From Dudresnaya verticillata (taxonomy: Eukaryota): a stretch of 64,000 nt of DNA. How positions within the stretch are numbered: the stretch's first letter is position 1; each line of letters begins with the position of its first letter. The notes under the pieces were generated by a model that had not been told where the DNA came from, made no database searches, and saw only the letters and a program-made list of their open reading frames with translations. The stretch lies in the NCBI GenBank assembly GCA_977862235.1, contig OZ374565.1:1612001-1676000 (forward strand), written 5' to 3'. A program made the translations under genes and the position numbers. Of the stretch, positions 12,171 through 23,945 are shown piece by piece.

Positions 12171-15100
12171 GGGCGCCGCCATCCCCGCCTCACGGCGTTC
12201 CACCTCTCGCGAGTGTGGACCCGCCAGGGGATCGGCGAGATACCGTTACGGAACTCCCATTGGCTTATCAGACTAATGATACTATCTTCTTTATGCAACA
12301 TCAAAATTACAAGATGCAAATTACCGTGGGACGGACAGATAGCGTGATGCTTCCTTTAATCTCCGTCTTGGACTCTGGCGCTGGGCCCAATCTCATTAGT
12401 GCCAGGCGCCTTCCGCGCCAATGGCTCCCACTCATACGCCCAGCAGCCAGTCCTCCATTACGGGATGCGTCTAATCGCGCTGTACGCCCTCTTGGTCAGA
12501 TCCAACTTTTCGTCCGTATCGGAGAGCTCCGTGCTCGCGTTCATTTTCTAGTGGTCGCGAACTTGGCGGCTCCCTGTATTCTGGGAACTACCTTCATCGA
12601 CCGCCACGTGAAGGAAATCCTCCCTCCGTTACGGAAAGTTGTTTTTCATCATTACCCACCGGTATCCCTTGTCGGTCAAGCCAAAATTCCGAAGACGGGA
12701 ATCACTGCCACCCTACAGCCCTCACCTCTCTCTACCGCCACGGTTTCTCAGAAAATTCGTTTAGCAAAATCTACCCTTATTCCCCCTATGACTCAAACCA
12801 CCGTAACGGTTAATACCCCCACGGGTGGGTTATGTTTTCTACAAAATCATCCTAAGCCGGCTTTTAAACACCTTACGTTAATGGCTAATGGTATTATGGA
12901 TGTTGTACCTAACAAACCGTTTCGGATCTGGGTCTCCAATTTTTCTAACAAGCCGTACGGTTACCCAAATCTACTGTCGTGGGCCTCGCTACTGCTGCCC
13001 CTTCTGCTATTTTTACCGTTGACGATATACCTCCATTTAAGGAGGGGGGAGGAATTATTCAATCATTTAATTCTAACCCTACCTCCGAAAAGGCCAGCAG
13101 CAACTCCCCTCACGACAAGGAAATAAGCAAACCCGTAACGGAAAATGCAAATATTACCGACTGGAAGGATCAAGTCCAGATTGGCACAGAAGAAGCATCG
13201 CTCCGCAAACGGATTTTAACCCTACTCGAGGAATATAAGTCGATGTGGAGTGGCGATCTTGGCAACATTACAGCTGCCAAGCACCGCATCGAGTTAACTC
13301 CCGGAACGAAGCCAGTATATCAAGCCCCATACCGTGCCGGACATAAGCAGCGAGATCTCGAAAAGACAGAGATTGATCGCATGCTTTCCGCTAAGGTAAT
13401 TGAACCAGCCTCATCGGAGTGGGCCAGCCCCGTGGTTTTCGTTCCAAAAAAGGACGGCACCATGCGGTTCTGTGTTGACTATAGAAGGCTCAATTCCGTA
13501 ACGGTTAGGGACTCATATCCCTTGCCCAGGATGGATGAGTGCATAGATTCCCTTGGGGAAGCTACTGTATTTACCACCCTGGATTGCAATAGCGGATATT
13601 GGCAAGTCGAGATTCCGGAAGAGGAAAGGGACAAAACTACCTTCACTAGCCATTTTGGCTTATACAGTTTTCGGAGAATGCCATTCGGATTGAAAAATGC
13701 ACCGGCAACCTTCCAACGGGCAGTGGATATAATCCTTTCTACGGTTAAATGGCAATTTGCCCTCGTCTACCTAGATGATGTAATTGTCTACTCAAAAACC
13801 GTTACGGAACATTTCCACCACTTGAAGGAAGTCCTTACGCTTTTACGATCCGCTGGGGTAACGTTGAAATTGTCAAAGTGTGACTTCTTCAACGCGTCTG
13901 TACAATACCTGGGGTATGTTATCCGTCCCGGATAATTAGAAGTGGATAATCGGAATATCCAATCCGTTAAGGTCGCGAAGCCGCCGACTAACCAAACGGA
14001 ATTGCGATCCTTCTTGGGAATGTGCAACGTGTATCGTCGCTTTGTACCCAACTTCGCTCGGATTTCAGCACCGCTAAATAAGAAAACCGGCAAGGGCTCA
14101 CCCTTTGAGTTTGGAATATTATCCGATACGGAATATGAAGCCTTCGAGGAACTGAAGAGACGCCTTATCTCTCCACCTATATTGGCTCTACCCCGTCACG
14201 GATATAAATATACGTTGGACACTGACGCATGTGACCACCAAGTCGGCTGTGTCCTTCTGCAGGAACAACCGAATGGCGATCACCTCCCTATCGGATATTG
14301 GAGCCGAAGCCTCACCGATGCGGAGAAAAATTATACGACAACCGAAAAGGAATGCTTAGCCGTGGTCTGGAGCATGTTAACACTCCGACCCTACCTTTAC
14401 GGTGATAAGTTTATTCTCCGAACGGATCACGATGCTCTGCGGTGGATCCTGAACCTCGCAGACTCATCTGGCCGCCTAGCCAGGTGGAGGCTCCGCCTAT
14501 CGGAATTTGAATTCGAGGTGCAATACCGTCCTGGAATTAAGCATCAACTCGCCGATGGGATGTCGCGACTCCGAACGGATGGCGGTGACGATAGACCTTT
14601 GGATGAAGAGATACCCTGCTTTGTCGCCGAAAACACCGTCGACGGATTATATGAGCATGGAGTATATTTAACCGATTGGGCCACATCACAAGAAACCGCT
14701 ACGGAAAATAACGTAATATGCGCCGTGGAGCCCGCCAGTGGGAGTGCATCCGCCTCCCCTAGCCCGACGCAATACCGTCACGGTTTACTGTAATCCAAGA
14801 ATCCGACGTTAAGGATGAGACAATTACCAGGGAGGAGTTCCTTGAAGCGCAAGCCCGAGACCCTTTCTGTCGTCTCAAAGCCGATACGGTAGGCTCCCCT
14901 GGATCACAGTTTGACTATGGTCGTAACGGATTCTTGGTACGCAAGTCCCAATTGGATGGTGCTCTGCAGAAGGTGGTGCCAAGCGAACTCCGTAGACGGG
15001 TATTGTATTTATCCCACTACACCCTGATGTCGGGTCACCCAGGCGGAATTAAGATGTATTATACACTCCGACAGGATTATTATTGGCCTCATATGGCCAA

Positions 15101-16460
15101 CGATGTATTTGAATCCGTTCGGACGTGTCGCTCCTGCGTGAAGACAAAGGGAACCCGCTTTCGGAACCAAAGATTTATGAAGCTTTTCCCCGCTAGCGGA
15201 CCTTTGGAGTTTGTCGCTATCGACATTGTCGGGCCACTTCCGAAGACAAAAAGGGGTTATGTCTACGTTTTGGTAATAACCGATCGGTTTTCTAAGCTGA
15301 CGCGCTGTATTCCGTTACGGACAACAACAGCCGTTGTGGTGGCTAACGCCTTTCTGGACTTTTGGGTGTACGCCTACGGCGCACCCCAATTTGTCCTAAC
15401 CGATAACGGACCGCAGTTTACTGCTAACTTCTTCGACGCGGTGTGTTCCTTACTCGGAGTCAGGCACCTGCTCACCGCTGCCTACCATCCGCAGACAAAT
15501 GGGCAAGCTGAGCGATTTAATAAGGCAATCGCTCAGCGTTTGCGCCATTACGTTGAGGATCATCACTCCGATTGGGATCTGTACCTGCTACCGTTGACTT
15601 ATGCGTACAACATGCAGGTACACCGTGTTACGGAAACAACGCCATTTGATTTGGTGCTGACACGCCGCCCATCGGATATCGTTGTACGAGGGGCTCCTGT
15701 CGAGCATCAAGAAACCGTTACGGAAGGGCGTATGACCCCGGTGCTACAGAAGCGGAACACCATGCGCCGTTTACGGTATGCGCTCCAGACAGCGCGCACT
15801 AAGCAAACAGTGGCTCAGCAAAAAGCCAAGGCACTGTTTGACCGTAAGGTGCGCTTTAGGCCTATAATCCGTAACGGAGATCAAGTCTACGTCGACAGGC
15901 CGCCCCATAACTTGCGGCCTGCCGAACGCCGTGAACGGGACCGATTGGAAGGCAAGCCGGATGATGTAGGCGAGGTGGCTCAGGAAATGAAGAAACTCCT
16001 TCCGAGAGCCACGGGGCCTTATGAAGTGGAATCCGCAACGGAACATGTTGTTACAATCCGAAAGGAAGGGGTATTGACCCCCGTAAGTATCGATCGCATC
16101 ACGAAGGTTCCGATCGGAGTTGCGGTTCAGCCGGCACCCTTGATAGTGCCGCCTGTCACGCCATCAACCGTCTACGGAGAAGTAGTGCTACATCCAGAAG
16201 GTACTACAGTAGTACCTCCTTCTGAAGGTACTACTCCTTCCGCAACGGAACCACTGCAAGCCGATACGGAATATGTGATCGACAAGATTGTCGGTCACCG
16301 CGACGAACCTACTGGGATGACGTACAAAGTCCGCTGGTATGGTTACCCTCCGGATCAGGATACCTACGAACCCGCCGAAGTTTCACCGCTTCCGCGGCAC
16401 TCTTCCGTCACGGAACTCGCTCTGGACACCTCAGCAGAGCCGTTACGGTGTTCGTCGTAG
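12146..16460 (+). pseudogene. pol: Gypsy pol: protease, RT, RNase H, integrase, chromodomain
   Basis: Motifs LDSGAG; RFCVDYRRLN, MPFGLKNAPATFQ, YLDD; DTDAC..GCVLLQ, TDH; HHCC plus DIVGP/TDNG/GQAE; EYVIDKIVGHR...YKVRWYGY. Lesions: frameshifts near 12955 and 14770, and a TAA at 13933. Confidence 0.95.
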
Positions 16461-17387
16461 CCATTCTGGGAGGGGCACGCCTTTTTCTTGCGATGAGCGG
16501 CCGCCCTAGCACGTTTGGGCCAAGAACGGCCCCTTCCGCGACGGTACAGGAAAATTCCTCGGTCTCATTATTCTTCTCAGAGTCCCGGGGTATATATTAA
16601 TATTGATGTTAATATTAATATTTTCAATATATTATTATATTAAAAATAATATATTAACACCCGTCGCGGGTTGGGTTCATCTCAAGAGGGAGAGGTTGGT
16701 GGTGTGTCTCATAAGGGCAGAAGTGAAGGTATTCGCCTGTAACCGCTACGGATTCCTGAAACGCGCCGCCTGCGCCGGTTTGTGGCGTACCTAGCCCCCC
16801 AACTTCTCGCCACCCAAGTCGGAACAACTTCCGTCAGGAGGTTGCGGGTGTGAAGTACCGTCATCCGATCGGAGTACGAATCGTCCGTTGTGGATATGGG
16901 AGCGTAATCGATGGCGTGTTCGAGCAGACCGTCGGGGAAACTTATTCCGGTACGGTGAGAGCAACACTCTCCAAGAGTGTTTGCTCCTTTACGTGTGGTA
17001 GGACCCCCATGTCGGATTTTTGCAAATGAGGCTGTCTGTGAGGTGCCTGGATTGCAATCCCGTTACGGTGAATCTGGCGTCTGCAGCGCTGACACACTGG
17101 AGGAACCCGTTGCGCATGTTTAATGAGGCAGAAGACTGGCGACCAGCCTAGGCAAGAAATCCTTGCGGATGGCGCGCGACACTCGCGTCAAGCGCGTTTT
17201 GGTTATTCTCCGTGACGGAAGTCCTGGTATTGGAGGTGCGTGGGGTATCCCAACGCATCGATGCAAACCGTGACGGCAGTAGGGACGTTGATGAGAGACC
17301 TGGAAAAGCTTTTCGAATCCGTTGACGGTGCGTCGGACCCAAGCCGCAACTTCTTGAAGGTGGGCGCACGAGGACGTGGCGCCATTT

Positions 17388-17398
17388 AAGGAGGGGGG
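17388..17398 (+). other. Polypurine tract
   Basis: AAGGAGGGGGG two bases before the 3' LTR. Confidence 0.85.
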
Positions 17399-17400
17399 TC

Positions 17401-18051
17401 TGTGGTGAAGTGAGATTCGGCATCCGAAACGGTGGAAATGCATATAGTGTGGCCTGAACCGTTGTGGGATTTGTGCACGTGTATCCGTGTCGGTTTTGGG
17501 TGCATTGTTGTGTGCTGGCGTACATTGCTGTGTAGCAGTGGAGCGCACCAACCGAAGCGGAGTATTTGTAGTATTTATTCTTTATTTTTAGTGAGTATCT
17601 GTACAGTGTGTAGAGTAGCGCGCCAGCCAATGAGAATGCTGCGCATGTCCGTGTCGGAGATTGGGACCAGCAGGGCCGATTCCACCATGGGTCCAGACCA
17701 CTAGGGTCTGGACCTCACGGACCGGACCGCTCGGTACCACCCTGACTTGTATATCAGGGCGGCACCGCAGCGGCTCCTATGGTAAACGGGTAAGCAACCT
17801 TAGCCCAATCCTTTACGGTTTTCCCCGCGCCGAGCCCGTTGCGGTCTACCACCACCACCGTTACGGAGTCCGTTCCGGCACTTGTACCACCCCCTTGTCT
17901 GTTGCTTCCCAATATCCGTCTCGGTTAGCCGCTCGCTGTTCTCCCGTCTCGGTGCGAACTGCTCTACCACCCCGTAGAGGTAGTGTTGCTCTCGTCCGTT
18001 AAGGAAAGTCAGGCCAGCTGTCCGTCTCGGAGTTCGTGGGTTTTCACTACA
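17401..18051 (+). repeat. 3' LTR
   Basis: Direct repeat of 8888-9538. Confidence 0.95.
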
Positions 18052-19692
18052 CTGCCCCTCCTGCGGAATCAGACGCAGCTTGCCAAGAAACTCGACCAAG
18101 TCGGTTGACTTCATCCAGCACGCGTGCTGCAACGTCTGCTTGCAGAGGGATTCAACTAGATCTAGCACTTGCAGATGCATGAGGTCGGAGGGCTGCAGCT
18201 CGTTGATGGCAGCGGCGGCGGACCTTGATACCGAGTTGCAGGTCTCGCAGCAGATGTACTTGACGTCAGATGGGTTTCCGCTTGCGTCCATTGCCCTCGT
18301 TGAGAGCGCATTGGTTCGGTGCGGGAGAAGGAAGAGGAGCGCGATGGTGGTGATATCAATTGGTGTTGTGAGTGACATTTTTGGACAGGCCAGGTGTGGA
18401 GACAGGGCAGAAGTTTCTTGAGATGTGTTTCGGGGTGCTAGCCGAGATGGTTGCGGGTAAGAACAGAACAGTGCACCAGCGTCATAGTTGCAGGCGCGCG
18501 CAACAAGAGGTGACTGCCGCGGTTGCACGGCTGGGGGTGTGGTTGGACGTCAGGTCATAGGAGCAGGGTAAGAGCAGTACTGCACGTGGTGGGCTTTCCG
18601 GAAGCAGGACGGTAAGCAGGCAGGCAAACACAACGGCGGTATTACGCAGCGGAGAGGAAGGGGAGTGGAGGAGGATACCGTGAGCGATGGATTCGCGGAG
18701 CGGGAGTCGTCGCGGCGAGGGTAAGGGCGTTTGTGAGGCAGTGTGTTGTGGCAGGCGTATTTGTGTCCACATTCTGGGCATTCAGGTCGTGAGCTCGCAG
18801 CGCCGAGGCCAGATAGATTGTGGAGTTTGCGGGCTCTCAGGACCAGTTCCCCGATACTGATATTGCATTTTGGGCTTCTGCGTTGCCGTGAAGCACAATA
18901 TCTGTTCTCATAGCAATGTGACTTGGCCGCATTCAGAAGCTGTAAAGGTGTTGACGGCGGTCCAATGGAAATACCCTTTTACAAGCTTATTCAATATCAT
19001 TGGACAGAAAATTTATACAGGTTTTTCAGCGCGCAATTTGCCACATCAAATGAACAGCTATTTGGCCCGGCGCTCTCGCCCCACCTGTTCCCTGATACTG
19101 ATATTGCACCCACAGGTGTTGACACCTCCCACCCCCGAGAACCTGTTCCTGGTAAATTGACCGCCGCGCCCCCCGCTGGCACGCCGCTGGCAACGGTGTG
19201 CCAATACTCACCGAAACAGTGTGTGGCATGCTATTTTACTCGCAGTATCAGCACCTGGCCAGGCCGGCCTCAACTTCAAAGCCCGGCCAAGTCGCCTGGG
19301 ACAACGAGCAGCATGCCCTAATTGACTTTGTTACATCTCGCCCTGCAGGTCCGCTGAAACCTGCATTCTACCAATTCCAACTGTACGACCTGTGCTAAGA
19401 ATAGTTCTGATGGAGACTGTCCACACCCGTTGAACAATCCACGTGACCTCCCGTGCCATCTCAGAATTTGCGGCACATCCATGTCGTACTCCCGCCGTCC
19501 AGTGTGTCGAAAGCCCGTATGGTGTCAGTCGAAAACGGCACCCTGCAAACATGAGCTGGGGACGTAAAGAATTTCTTGCGGAAGGTTTTCTGAACAGAAT
19601 CTGGACAACTCGTCGGACATGCAGTACCCCTTTCCGTACTCTTTCAAGGAGAGCGGTTTTCACGTGCACAGTGAGTCTTTCTCTCGCACACC

Positions 19693-22600
19693 ATGTCGAA
19701 GCGCAAGAAGCGGAGCAGGGGGTCAAGTGAGCCCTTGAGGAAGGATGACATGGCACAGGCACTGTTTGGAGATGTCATGGAGGGGTCTACCAACATTCGA
19801 ATAGACCCCAGGTCCTGTGTTCCGATGACTGATATAAGGGACAGCTCGAGATCCGGTGTTGAGAGGCTCAAGAAGATTTTCAGGGGTGGTGCGACGAGGA
19901 GCGCTAACTACAACAACGGGTACATTGCCGGTTCTGATGCGCCCATACTGGCTCGCCTAACAGGTCCCTTCAGGAGTTTCATTTTTGAGTTTCTACCAGC
20001 TAAACGGAATGCGGATGGGACAGAGTATACAGAGAAACAGGTGAAAGAAGAGGCCTCCAGTCGGTCGGAGTGGTTCGGAGTTGTTGATGGCATGCATCGA
20101 CTTATCGCCATTATGGAGCTAATCGATGAAGACCGGGAGACATGGAAGGGGTTTGCTTTGACTGCCACTGTGCTTAAAGGGGGGCACAACATCCAGATTC
20201 TGAAGCAACTGGCTCGTCATCAGAACAGAAAGCACGACTCCAGCTTTTTTGTAGAGACCACGTTTTACGATCAGATATGCGGTCTGAGGAAAGAGGCAGA
20301 CCGTCTCGAAGCCAGTAATGGGAAGATTCCGACTGCGACGGCAGTTGCCGAAGCATATGATGGATGCAGTCACCTATCGGAAAACACTATCAAACAGACA
20401 TCGGCAACCGTTCTTCGTCTTGACCGTCGCGTTATCGATGTAGTTGGGAAGATAGTGAAGGAGGAGGTCCCTGAACTAGCAACTATGCAACTGTTGACTG
20501 CTTCCGGAAAGGCCATAGACTCAAATGTTGCGATGCAGAATCTGGATTGCAGAGTATACAGACGCTTCATTCACGTCAGTTCCATCAAGTCTTCCAAGGC
20601 CTTTATGAATGCAGGCAGCTCTGACAACGGCATTACTGTGCAAATAGCTACCCTGTACAGGCTTCGAGAGGTGTCAAGGACACACAATTTCAAACCTGTT
20701 TCGGCCAAACACACACAAGAGCAATTCGTGAAAGCTTCAGCCGCCCTTTCCGAGACTCGGAAATTTGAAGCGATGAGGGAGAGGACAGAATGGCCGTCAG
20801 GCATGAGTACATTAAGAGAAAACCTGTTACGCACTACGAAGCTGGACGTCGAGGTCATCATGAATCGAGGTAATGACCGTACACTGTTGAAAACAATAGT
20901 TGAGATGTACAGAGAGTGTTGTCCGGAAGAGGCCCCAGTGAAGTTGCAGAAGTACAAAGATCTGCAAACTGTGATGGATTCGACAGAAGGCAGACGTGAT
21001 GACGCTGTCATGACCCGCCCGGGTTACAATGAATGTGGAGCAAAAGATTCTGACGGTCAACAGAATTTGGACTGCACGTTGTCACCGCAGGTGGACGCTA
21101 CCGGAATCTCTAACGACGACGAGGTTTTGGACTTAGTAACATCAACCAATTCGAAAAGGGAAGAAGGTCGCGAACCAGCAGAATCTGGACAGGCACCGGT
21201 CCAGAACGCAGACCCTACAGCTGCATGTGCAGCCAAAGACCATTCTGTACCGGAAAAGAGTCCCACAGACCACATTATATCAACTGTGTCATCAAAGCAG
21301 TCAGTTCGCCTCAACATGGGTACTAAGCCTGTGCCGGTGGAGGACGGATCGCTTTCTGTTCCAATAGATTATCTTGCGGAAATGAAACTGACATGCTTTC
21401 AGATGACATGGCAGAGCTACGAAAGTACCGTAAGGAAGGAAGGTGACAAACGATTCGATTTAATCCTCACAGATCCACCATACGGTACACCGAAATCGCA
21501 GTCTAAGTCGGGGAGGTCATTCGATAATTACCTCAGCGAGGAAGACATTAAGAAGATAGTTGAGTTCTCGAGGCGCGTACTTGTAGCAGGGGGGTGGTTG
21601 TTTGTTTTCACGTCATTCCTAAACTTCAGTGTATTCCACGATGCTCTGAAGAAGGCACAATTCATGTGCCCAGCATAACCATTCGTATTCTCCAAAGACC
21701 CCAAGACCATGCAGGAACATCGGGGGAGCGATATGCCCCAGAACTGTGTGGAAATAGCCGTCATGGCGCGTGCCCCAGGTCAGCATGGCGGAGGGTTCTC
21801 GCTCGACCTTAGGAGCGAGTATAACTGCATTACCTCCCCAGAAAAGCGGAAATTCGCGTGCATGTCCTCTCTACCAACACCGAAACACAAGTTGCTACGC
21901 CCAGGCACCAAGTCCCCAGTTCTGGTCGAAGAGAAGTCTCCCGAAGTACTTGTGGAGATAATGACAACATTCTGTCCGGAGGGCGGGTCAGTTCTGGATA
22001 TGCCCAGCGGAACCATGACGACTGGGATTGCAGCTGTCAGAACAGATCGTCGGTGTACACTAATCGAATCACAGGTCGAAACTTTCAAGCTGGGGGCTGA
22101 ACGTTTGCGTAGGCTTGCCACGGAAGCATATGAAATGAAGACAGGTCGTAAACGCTTGGAATCATGTGCTCATGACGAACTGAATGGTATCGGTGAGGCA
22201 GCAAGAGGTAGTGTTGTCAAAACAGATTCTGTTCAACCAACAAACCATTCCGTAACGAGGAAGGGACCTCAAATGTCCCATCTGACGACACCGTCCGAGC
22301 ACGTATTGGATGACCCCGAAGAGAGTATCGAGAAGCACGGCAGGAGTGAAGACATAGTTGTAGGAAGTGTGGAGCTGAATGAAAAGTACAGGAGAAGGAA
22401 AACACCTGAACCTTGTGCAATGCCCAAGGCCGGAGACAGAGTCACGCTTCTTGCAGATGATAAGGAAGTGGGGGAGGCCGTGTTGCATCCTGAAAAGACT
22501 CCAGGAGGGAACTGGAATGAACGCGTGCACGGCCACGATCTGTCAGAATCCGCCAAACCAGGGGAGCATCTTGTGGTCGTCTACAGTTTGAAGGTCATGG

Positions 22601-22725
22601 CGGAGTATGAGCTAAGTTCGTATTTGTATATATTCAAGGGAGTAGAGGACCCTCCTGCCAATCTCAAGGGCCTAAAAAGCTTGTTGTTCTCGTGGGACTT
22701 GCACAACATGAAGAAGATTGGGTAG
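19693..22725 (+). pseudogene. ParB-like/HTH + beta-class N6A/N4C DNA methyltransferase fusion (~1010 codons, one in-frame TAA at 21676-21678)
   Basis: N-terminal basic NLS-like MSKRKKR; ParB/Srx-like IR..S..GVERL...G...PIL...VVDGMHRLIA; FDLILTDPPYG (motif IV); RRVLVAGG; EKS..VL..IM..F...GGSVLDMPSGTMTTG.AA...R....IE (motif I region). ORFs 19693 and 21709 are in the same frame. Confidence 0.88.
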
Positions 22726-23233
22726 GAATTATAGTCAGTACAGTACTATCGTCATAGGCCGAATTGAACATTTCTCCAGCATCCGTATTCTGAACATGTC
22801 TTTGCGTCTTGCTTCCGCCATGGTCCATGAATTCGACGTCGTTCAGGCACCATTTACTCGAATGAAGCCAGTGCTTTCACGTGTTGTACTATGAACGCGG
22901 GGGTTATATTTGGTCCACCAAACAGAATCTGTCACGGAAGGCTGTCGCGAGTGTTGCATATGTACCGTACTGCTGCAGCTGTTGGCAACGTTATGGCATA
23001 TTGGCAGTAAGTGATTGATCGACTACGTACCGGAGTGCGCCCAGGGCTGTCTCTAACGCATATGAAATGGACACCCGTGAGCTCATGGAAAGATGGACCA
23101 TGTATTGTCCAGGCACGCAGTGATCCTGTCGCAGTTAAAGGCCTCGGCCATTTCGGAAAGAGAGCTGAGATGAAACGAAGTGTTCGTTCACTACCATAAT
23201 CTGCTGTGACCAGAATACCGCTGTATTGAGACC

Positions 23234-23755
23234 ATGGATGACTTGATTCTGGATGTGGAAAAGCTGTACAACGCCGTTAAACGTCGGATGGAGGAAGATC
23301 TTAATCGTGAGGCACGAAAATGGACGCACCAAAGCCCTAGCAGTGACGATGACATTCTGGACAACCACAATGACCTGGATCGTGCCCAAATGGCTTGGGA
23401 ATCATCACAGCAATTTTACGCAGACAAGACGATGATGGAGCAATCTCACCATCAGAAAGCTTTGGAAAAGTTGTACAGGTTGTTGCTGAAGAAAATCTTT
23501 CTCGTGGGAAGGGGCAAGTACGTACACGGTGCAGCCCATGCTATATGCTTCGCGATCGTCGAAACGCTGCACAGGGGCGGAGAGAACGCGTATCAACTGG
23601 ACCGCTACATACGTCTGCTTTGCACAAAATTCTACATGTCCAACAGCCGCGCAATGAAACCGGAGGTGAGGATGTGCATCATGAGGAGCCTGAACAATGA
23701 AGTGTCTAGTTGTGAAGGGCTGTATATGCGGAAGCATAATAGCAGCGATTGCTAA
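23234..23755 (+). CDS. Hypothetical helical protein (173 aa), transposon cargo
   Basis: ATG in CCATGG context and an uninterrupted protein-like ORF just inside the right TIR. I recognise no domain. Confidence 0.55.
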   Translation: MDDLILDVEKLYNAVKRRMEEDLNREARKWTHQSPSSDDDILDNHNDLDRAQMAWESSQQFYADKTMMEQSHHQKALEKLYRLLLKKIFLVGRGKYVHGAAHAICFAIVETLHRGGENAYQLDRYIRLLCTKFYMSNSRAMKPEVRMCIMRSLNNEVSSCEGLYMRKHNSSDC

Positions 23756-23945
23756 CTTTAGAGATAGAAAAGTGGTGGCCTTCTCCCATGAGCACAGCAG
23801 TGCGCTTCATTCCATTTGGCGGCCTACAATCGGGGATGTGCCCCATTGAAGTATGGCATGGTCCTCAGCTGCGGCGCAATAAACGCGGCGCAGACAACAG
23901 AATGCAATGAGGTCAGGCTGGCGTTGTGCAGAACCGCAAGGGAAA

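Larger units (their letters stand above)
8888..18051 (+). mobile_element. Full-length Ty3/Gypsy chromovirus LTR retrotransposon (non-functional)
   Basis: Two 651-bp LTRs TGTGGTGAA...TTCACTACA, TSD CTGC (8884-8887, 18052-18055), domain order gag-PR-RT-RH-IN-chromodomain, and a PPT before the 3' LTR. Confidence 0.97.
8686..18378 (-). pseudogene. Cargo ORF of the TIR transposon split by the Gypsy insertion (segments 18378-18052 and 8887-8686)
   Basis: Joining across the CTGC TSD reads ...LVEFLGKLRLIPQEGQSAV*SASASAKTISLACADVLDVIERELVDRLYMHRREGRTIHEEDLAKWVCAKRGGLYLSSCIR*. Confidence 0.45.

Noticed and set aside
21676..21678. Programmed readthrough or alternative genetic code at the MTase TAA
   Set aside because: Other genes end normally in TAA and the element's other genes are decayed, so a point mutation is simpler.
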